In this document: positions 58,802-64,000 of the stretch, piece after piece
Layout of the letters: each line of letters begins with the position of its first letter
Position numbering within the stretch: position 1 is the first letter of the stretch
DNA from: Gemmatimonadota bacterium
Lineage (GTDB): Bacteria; Gemmatimonadota; Gemmatimonadetes; JACCXV01; JAHWKZ01
Length of the DNA: 64,000 nt
Direction: 5' to 3'
NCBI GenBank assembly: GCA_050732935.1
Contig: JBOHRW010000199.1
Location: forward strand, 1,755 to 65,754
The notes under the pieces: generated by a model
Database searches by the model: none
What the model was told of the DNA's origin: nothing
The model's input: the letters and a program-made list of their open reading frames with translations, nothing else
Position numbers and translations under genes: made by a program

Positions 58802-61800
58802 TCAGAAGCGCAGCTTGGTGCCCAGCTGGATCCGACGCGGATCGCCGAGACCGCTCCTCACCGTGCCGTCGAAGTTGAACAGCAGGGATCCGGCCGACGG
58901 GTCCTGGAAGTTGTCCGTATCGGTCAGATTGAAGACCTCGAAGATCGCCTCCAGCCCCACGCCCGACGTGAGCGGGAACAGCTTCGAGAGCCGGAGATCC
59001 CAGGTGAACAGCTCGTTCTCCTTCCTGAGCGTGTTCCGCTCGAGGATGGAGCCGTCCAGACAGATCCGGTCCTGCGGAGTCGCCGCGCGCTCCCCGGTCC
59101 CCTGGTTATTCGCTCCGCACACTTCGCTGACAGGTTGCGCCGAGGCCGCCTGCACGATGTTGGTCCAGTAGATGTTCCAAGGCAGGCGCACCAGGGCGTA
59201 GGCGTTGAACCGGTGGCGCTGGTCGCGATCGCTGTAGCCGTACTCGGGGTCGAGGTCGTCGGCCCGGGCATACCGGAACAAGAACGGATCGCGCTCGTTG
59301 TCGTCGTCCGACTTGTCCCACGAGAGCGTGTAGTTGGCTTCCAGGTCGAGCCAGTCGGCGACGCCCCCCTTGAGGCCGAACGTGATGCCGTTGTAAATCG
59401 AGTGCGCCGAGCTTTCGAGCACGGTCAGGGCACCGATTCCGTTCAGCGTGTCATTCGCCCCCGTCGGCGATCCGGGGGTCACGGGCAAGCCGGTTCCCCA
59501 GGGGCTCCCGAACACGGCCGCGTTCCGGTCGACGAAGCGAAACAGGTTGTCGGTATAGGCAAAGTTGTAGCTGAGGTAGCCGGCGAGACGCGGGGCGAAC
59601 TTGCGCTCGTACTCGGCTGAGACGGCGTAGGTCTGCGGTACATCGAGGTCCTTCTCGGGGACCTGGACGCCGGGGTGGTCCGGCTGGACGGTGCTCGTAT
59701 CCAGGAGCTCCCCGTAGGCCGGCGGCGTCACGCCGAAGTCGTTGAAGAAGCTGGCCCGGAAGATCGTCTGGCCGATGGCGCCGGACGAGGAGCGATGCTG
59801 GGCGAAAACCAGCATCGGGATCCGCGCGTTGTAGATCCCGGCGCTTCCCCGCAGGATCTGGCTCGCGTCCCCATCGATGTCGTAGGTGATCCCGAAGCGC
59901 GGCTGGATGTTGTCCAGGTCATCCGGGATCACGCCGTCCGACGGGAACTCCAGCCCGAGCTTGGTCTGGCCGATGAACGGCGCGTAGAAGAGCTCGTCCT
60001 GAGGCGGGATGTTCTCCGGATGCCAGGTCCCCTCCCAGCGTACGCCGTAGTTGACCGTCACCTTCGGGCTCGGGTTCCACGCATCCTGGGCGTAGAAGGC
60101 GAGCTCGTTCACGCTGAAGCTCTGCGAGCCGGCCTGCTCGGCGGTGTCGAGCGGCGGCACCGGGGCGAACTGGAGGAAGGTGTTCAGCGGCCCGGAGATA
60201 CTCGTCCCTTCCGGGCAGACCCCGTTCGGATCCGTCGTCACCAGGTTCCCCTCGGCGTCCGAGCACTCCACGAACGTCGGGCCCTGCTCGACGTAGTTGA
60301 TGAAACCGTCGACGCTGTTGAAGATGTAGCGCCCCGAGGCGAAACCGATGAACGTCTGCTCGATCTCCGTCCGGTTCCACTCGGCGCCGAACTTGTAGAG
60401 GTGGTTCCCCCGGGCGATCGTCACGTTGTCGTTCAGCTGCCACCGGACATCAAACGCCGGATCGATGGGCAGGAAGAACGGCAGGCCCCAGCGGAAGCCG
60501 TCCACGAAGTCGGCGCCGGTGTCCGGAAACGGCTGTCCCGGCGCGATCTCCGGACCCTCGTACGGCCGCGGCCGGTCCTCCCGCGCCCACTGGAAGCGGA
60601 ACTCGTTGGCCAGGGTTGGCGAGAGCTGGCTGTGGAGCGCTGCGTTGATCGCGTTGGACTCGTCGCGCTCGATGCCGTTCGCACTGCGGCCCCACGAGTC
60701 GACGTCGAAGGTGCCGTTCAGCTGCTCGGACTCGGTATAGTTGTACTTGATCTCGAAGTTGTTCCGGTCGTTCAGGATCACGTCCAGCTTGCCGAAGAAG
60801 GCCTTGGCGTCGTCGGTTCGGCTGATCGGGCCGAAGTCTTCGGCGAGCTGGGGAAAGCGCTCCTCGAAGAAGTCGATCAGCTTCTGGAGCTCCCCGGGCT
60901 GCTGGACCAGAGCGAAGCGGTTGGTCTGCTTGGTCTGGTCGAACTCCTGCTGGTCGTACGACAGGAAGAAGAACGCCTTGTTCCGCTTGAGCGGCCCGCC
61001 CAGGGTGAAGCCGAACTGCTGCTGGTCGAAGTTCGGGTTGCCGCCACCGCGCGCGAAGTCGCTGGAGAGCTCATCGGCCTGACCGAAAAAGTGAGCCGTC
61101 CCCTCGAACTCGTTGGTGCCCGATTTCGTCAGCACGTTCACGAAGCCGCTGGATGAGCGGCCGAACTCGGCCGGCGCGCCGGCGTTCACCACCACGATCT
61201 CCTCGATCGCGTCCTGGTTGAAGGTGAAGGCGGGCCGCTGGCCGCCGCGTTGCTCGCCGAAGAACGGGTTGTTGAAGTCGGCTCCGTCGACCGAGACGTT
61301 GTTGAAGATCCCGCGCTGGCCGTTGAACGTGAGTTCATCTCCGTCCGGTCCCTGGACGATGGCGGCCCCCGGTGTCAGGAGCGTGAAGTCGAGGAAGTTC
61401 CGGCCGTTGTTGGGCAGGTTCTCCACCACGTCCTCGTCGAACCGCTGGGAGGAGCTCACGTCGGTGGGATCCACGACCGGCGCCTGCACCACGGCCACGA
61501 TCTCCTGGACCTCGAGGGGCTGGAACCGGAGTTCCAGGTTCACGGTCTCGCCCAGACGCACCACGATCTCCTCCGCCGCGGCGTCGCCGATCACGCTGGG
61601 CGACTGGACGAGCACGTCGTAATGGCCGGTCGGAAGCTGCGGGGCGACGAAGATGCCGACGTCGTTGGTGGCGAGCGTTCGCTGCAGGCCGGTCTCGCGA
61701 TGCGTGACGATGACGTTCGCGTCCGTGACGAGCGCGCCTTCCGGATCGTACACGGTGCCGCGGATGATGCCGGTCGTCGCCTGCGCCTGGGCGAAGAGCG

Positions 61801-61873
61801 AAGCCGGCACGAGCAGCAGACCGAACAGGAGAACGGGCGGCCACAGGCGCCGCGCTCTCGGGAAGTGGCTCAT
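58802..61873 (-). CDS. TonB-dependent outer-membrane receptor with N-terminal carboxypeptidase-regulatory-like domain
   Basis: Signal peptide. GIIRGTVYDPEGALVTDANVIVTHRETGLQRTLATNDVGIFVAPQLPTGHYDV (CarbopepD_reg-like). Long beta-barrel ending in a C-terminal Phe (...LGTKLRF). Confidence 0.9.
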   Translation of the reverse strand: MSHFPRARRLWPPVLLFGLLLVPASLFAQAQATTGIIRGTVYDPEGALVTDANVIVTHRETGLQRTLATNDVGIFVAPQLPTGHYDVLVQSPSVIGDAAAEEIVVRLGETVNLELRFQPLEVQEIVAVVQAPVVDPTDVSSSQRFDEDVVENLPNNGRNFLDFTLLTPGAAIVQGPDGDELTFNGQRGIFNNVSVDGADFNNPFFGEQRGGQRPAFTFNQDAIEEIVVVNAGAPAEFGRSSSGFVNVLTKSGTNEFEGTAHFFGQADELSSDFARGGGNPNFDQQQFGFTLGGPLKRNKAFFFLSYDQQEFDQTKQTNRFALVQQPGELQKLIDFFEERFPQLAEDFGPISRTDDAKAFFGKLDVILNDRNNFEIKYNYTESEQLNGTFDVDSWGRSANGIERDESNAINAALHSQLSPTLANEFRFQWAREDRPRPYEGPEIAPGQPFPDTGADFVDGFRWGLPFFLPIDPAFDVRWQLNDNVTIARGNHLYKFGAEWNRTEIEQTFIGFASGRYIFNSVDGFINYVEQGPTFVECSDAEGNLVTTDPNGVCPEGTSISGPLNTFLQFAPVPPLDTAEQAGSQSFSVNELAFYAQDAWNPSPKVTVNYGVRWEGTWHPENIPPQDELFYAPFIGQTKLGLEFPSDGVIPDDLDNIQPRFGITYDIDGDASQILRGSAGIYNARIPMLVFAQHRSSSGAIGQTIFRASFFNDFGVTPPAYGELLDTSTVQPDHPGVQVPEKDLDVPQTYAVSAEYERKFAPRLAGYLSYNFAYTDNLFRFVDRNAAVFGSPWGTGLPVTPGSPTGANDTLNGIGALTVLESSAHSIYNGITFGLKGGVADWLDLEANYTLSWDKSDDDNERDPFLFRYARADDLDPEYGYSDRDQRHRFNAYALVRLPWNIYWTNIVQAASAQPVSEVCGANNQGTGERAATPQDRICLDGSILERNTLRKENELFTWDLRLSKLFPLTSGVGLEAIFEVFNLTDTDNFQDPSAGSLLFNFDGTVRSGLGDPRRIQLGTKLRF

Positions 61874-61971
61874 GGGAGGTCCTCCCGGGTGGATTCCCGT
61901 CTGGGGGTGAAAGGTCGCGACGCTTCGACTCTAAGCGCGGTCCCGGTAGTCACGCAATAGTCTGTGCCGCA

Positions 61972-63036
61972 CTATGAGGGACAGGGATCGCCCGCTCGCC
62001 TCGAAGACAGGCGATCGACCCGGTCGGACAGGAACTCGACGGCCCGTTCCTCCGCCCAAGCCCGGGCTCCCCAGGGAGGGCCGGTCACGAACCCCACGTG
62101 GCCGCCCGTCGGCGGGAAGAGACACTCCACGTTCGAGGAAGCCTGCTCGCGCACCCGGTCGAGGACCTCCCCCGGCAGGAACGGGTCGTCCCTGGCGCTG
62201 ACCAGCAGGGTCGGGATCCGGATCCGATCCAGCAGATTCAGCGAGGACGATCGGGCGTAGTAGTCGGTGGCGTCCGCGAAATCGTGGATCGGAGCCACCG
62301 CGGCGTCGTCGTACTCGCGGAAGCTGCGCGCCGCGCGGACTCTCTCCACGTCGACCACGTCGGGGTACCGCTCGGCGTAGCGGAGCGCCTTCTCCTTGAG
62401 GCTTCCCAGGAAGTAGCGCGTGTAGAAGGGCCCGAGGCCCGATTCCAGATGGTCGGCTGCGGCCGCGAGGTCGTACGGCGTCGAGATCGCCGCCGCCGCG
62501 CGAACGATCCCGGGCGCCGTCTTCTCCCGCTCCCCCAGCCACTTGAGGAGGACGTTCCCCCCCGCGGAGACCCCGGTCAGGACGAGCTCCAGGTCGGGCT
62601 CCCGCCGGGCCAGCGTCTCCACGACCCAGTCCAGGTCCCCGGTCTCGCCCATGTGGTAGAGCCGCGAGCCATGGTTCATCAAGAACCCGCCGCGGCCCTT
62701 CCCGGGAGGCGCGGCGCACGAGCGGAAGTTGAGCGCCATCCCGCGCCAGCCCCGTTTCTGGGCCTGATGCAGCAGACCGTGCATGTAACGCGACTCGCTG
62801 CACCCTTCGAGCCCGTGGAGCGCGAGGAGGAGGGGGCTCCCCGGAGGTCCGTCGACCAGATCGAGGTGGATCTCATCGTCGTCCGGAGTGCGCCACGTCT
62901 CGCGACGCATCTCGACTCTGGGACCCCGCCGGAATGTCCGGCTCCATAGCGTCTGCAGGTGGCGTCCCGGAAGCCAGCGTGCCGGCCGGAAGTCGACGTC
63001 GTCCCTCGACTCCACCGCGATCCCGTGATCGGTCAT
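61972..63036 (-). CDS. YheT-like alpha/beta hydrolase
   Basis: LLALHGLEGCSESRY...LVLTGVSAGGNVLLKWL (GxSxG)...DDPFLP...GGHVGFV. ATG at 63036 overlaps the upstream stop. The N-terminal 309 codons of the ORF-track entry are rejected. Confidence 0.8.
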   Translation of the reverse strand: MTDHGIAVESRDDVDFRPARWLPGRHLQTLWSRTFRRGPRVEMRRETWRTPDDDEIHLDLVDGPPGSPLLLALHGLEGCSESRYMHGLLHQAQKRGWRGMALNFRSCAAPPGKGRGGFLMNHGSRLYHMGETGDLDWVVETLARREPDLELVLTGVSAGGNVLLKWLGEREKTAPGIVRAAAAISTPYDLAAAADHLESGLGPFYTRYFLGSLKEKALRYAERYPDVVDVERVRAARSFREYDDAAVAPIHDFADATDYYARSSSLNLLDRIRIPTLLVSARDDPFLPGEVLDRVREQASSNVECLFPPTGGHVGFVTGPPWGARAWAEERAVEFLSDRVDRLSSRRAGDPCPS

Positions 63037-63854
63037 GGCCACCTCACGATCATGTACGCCAGAAGGAGCGCGCTGTTCGCGTACGACACCATCATCACCC
63101 GGCCATGGGACGGCGTCCGGCCTCCGGCCACCATGCCGGTCGCGGCCAGCGCCACGACCAGGGAATAAGCCGTGAGACCCGGCAGCTCCAGCGCCCGGCC
63201 GCACGCGGCGATCGCCAGGAAGGCCGCCGCCCCCAGGACGAAGGTCCCCCGCACACCAAGGGCCGCGGCCAGCGTGCGGTCCCTCCGCGCCGCGTCCGCC
63301 TCCCGCTGGTAGATCTGGGTGAAGGGGAAGAAAGCGGCGACCGCCGCGCACGCGGCGACGAGCGACCAGCCGGCCCGTTCGTCGGGTACCCACGCGCCGC
63401 CCGCCGCGCTCCACCCCAGGAACCATCCCAGACCACCCTGCCCGACGATGATCGCCGGCGTCGATAGCCACGGCGAGCGCTTCCATCGGGTGCGGGGATG
63501 GGAGTAGGCCGTGAAGATCGCCCACAGCGCCACGTACGCCAGCGCGAACCCCCACCCGACGATCGGGGCCAGCGCGGCTCCGGCCGCCTGGAGGGCCGTG
63601 CTCCCGACGGCGAGGCTGCGGGGGACCGAGGGTGGTCGGGCCAGACCGCCGATGGGGCCGGTGTCGCGGTCGTAGGCCGTGTTGAAGGCGTTGGCGCCGG
63701 GATACAGGGCGAGGTGAACGAGGAGGAACCCCAGCGTGGTCCGGGCGGACCAGCCCGGCGCCGCCCAGGCGCCCCAGACGTAGATCGGGGAGAGGACGAA
63801 GACGAACGGGAAACGGAGATGGAGAAGGACGACCCGCCAGTCGGCTGGCGTCAC
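63033..63854 (-). CDS. Polytopic membrane protein, tentatively UbiA-like prenyltransferase family
   Basis: About eight TM helices. NAFNTAYDRDTG partially matches the Asp-rich NDxxDxxxD motif. The assignment is weak. Confidence 0.45.
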   Translation of the reverse strand: MTPADWRVVLLHLRFPFVFVLSPIYVWGAWAAPGWSARTTLGFLLVHLALYPGANAFNTAYDRDTGPIGGLARPPSVPRSLAVGSTALQAAGAALAPIVGWGFALAYVALWAIFTAYSHPRTRWKRSPWLSTPAIIVGQGGLGWFLGWSAAGGAWVPDERAGWSLVAACAAVAAFFPFTQIYQREADAARRDRTLAAALGVRGTFVLGAAAFLAIAACGRALELPGLTAYSLVVALAATGMVAGGRTPSHGRVMMVSYANSALLLAYMIVRWP

Positions 63855-64000
63855 GATGATCCGGCGAGGTATTCCCGTGCGCGATCCAGCTCGATCTGCT
63901 CGAGCCGGCTCCGGGGCTCGAGCTCGAGCGCCTCTCGGTACGTCCGCCGAGCATCCTCCTCACGCTCCATCGTCCGGTAGGTCAGCGCCAGCTGGATGCA
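63851..64000 (-). CDS. TPR-repeat protein, C-terminal 49 codons only (start lies beyond the window end)
   Basis: Hand translation gives ...CIQLALTYRTMEREEDARRTYREALELEPRSRLEQIELDRAREYLAGSS*. The stop overlaps the GTG start of the downstream gene. Confidence 0.45.
   Translation of the reverse strand, partial: CIQLALTYRTMEREEDARRTYREALELEPRSRLEQIELDRAREYLAGSS

Noticed and set aside
59675-61960. 493-aa and 236-aa plus-strand ORFs
   Set aside because: Antisense to the TonB-dependent receptor.

Overview
This is a 64 kb stretch of a very GC-rich bacterial chromosome (about 70% GC by eye). Real genes are accompanied by many long antisense and alternate-frame shadow ORFs, which I rejected. About 70 genes are supportable, mostly on the minus strand, tightly packed, and often joined by 4-nt ATGA/GTGA/TTGA start-stop overlaps.

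Housekeeping blocks:
- rplS-trmD-rimM-rpsP-ffh
- rpe, a PASTA protein, rsmB, thiG-thiS-thiE, fmt-def-yajC-tgt
- queA, ruvB-ruvA-ruvC-yebC, an EF-G paralog, acs, pdxS-pdxT, pruA

Two LPS-type glycosyltransferases (GT4 and GT9), a TonB-dependent receptor and many lipobox lipoproteins indicate a Gram-negative, Gemmatimonadota- or Acidobacteria-like organism; this placement is inference and was not checked.

Accessory regions that stand out:
1. 1-7347: an all-minus-strand operon encoding a secreted TPR-CHAT (caspase-like) protein, an ECF sigma factor, a zinc-finger anti-sigma factor, two lipoproteins and a membrane protein. I flag it as a candidate protease-gated ECF signalling module.
2. About 30690-32540: a small lower-GC islet holding the frameshifted C-terminal remnant of a restriction-modification-type DNA methyltransferase, a MntA/HepT toxin-antitoxin pair, a small Cys/His ORF and two perfect palindromes.
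3. Two unrelated class III nucleotide cyclases, one a LipJ-like alpha/beta-hydrolase fusion and the other carrying a conserved N-terminal domain of unknown function.
4. A DUF1326/DUF2182 pair, an AlkZ-like DNA glycosylase, a 33-bp tandem-repeat lipoprotein divergent from a Met-rich mini-lipoprotein, and a kinase-less PASTA protein.

I recognised no tRNA or rRNA genes, no CRISPR array, and no integrase or transposase.
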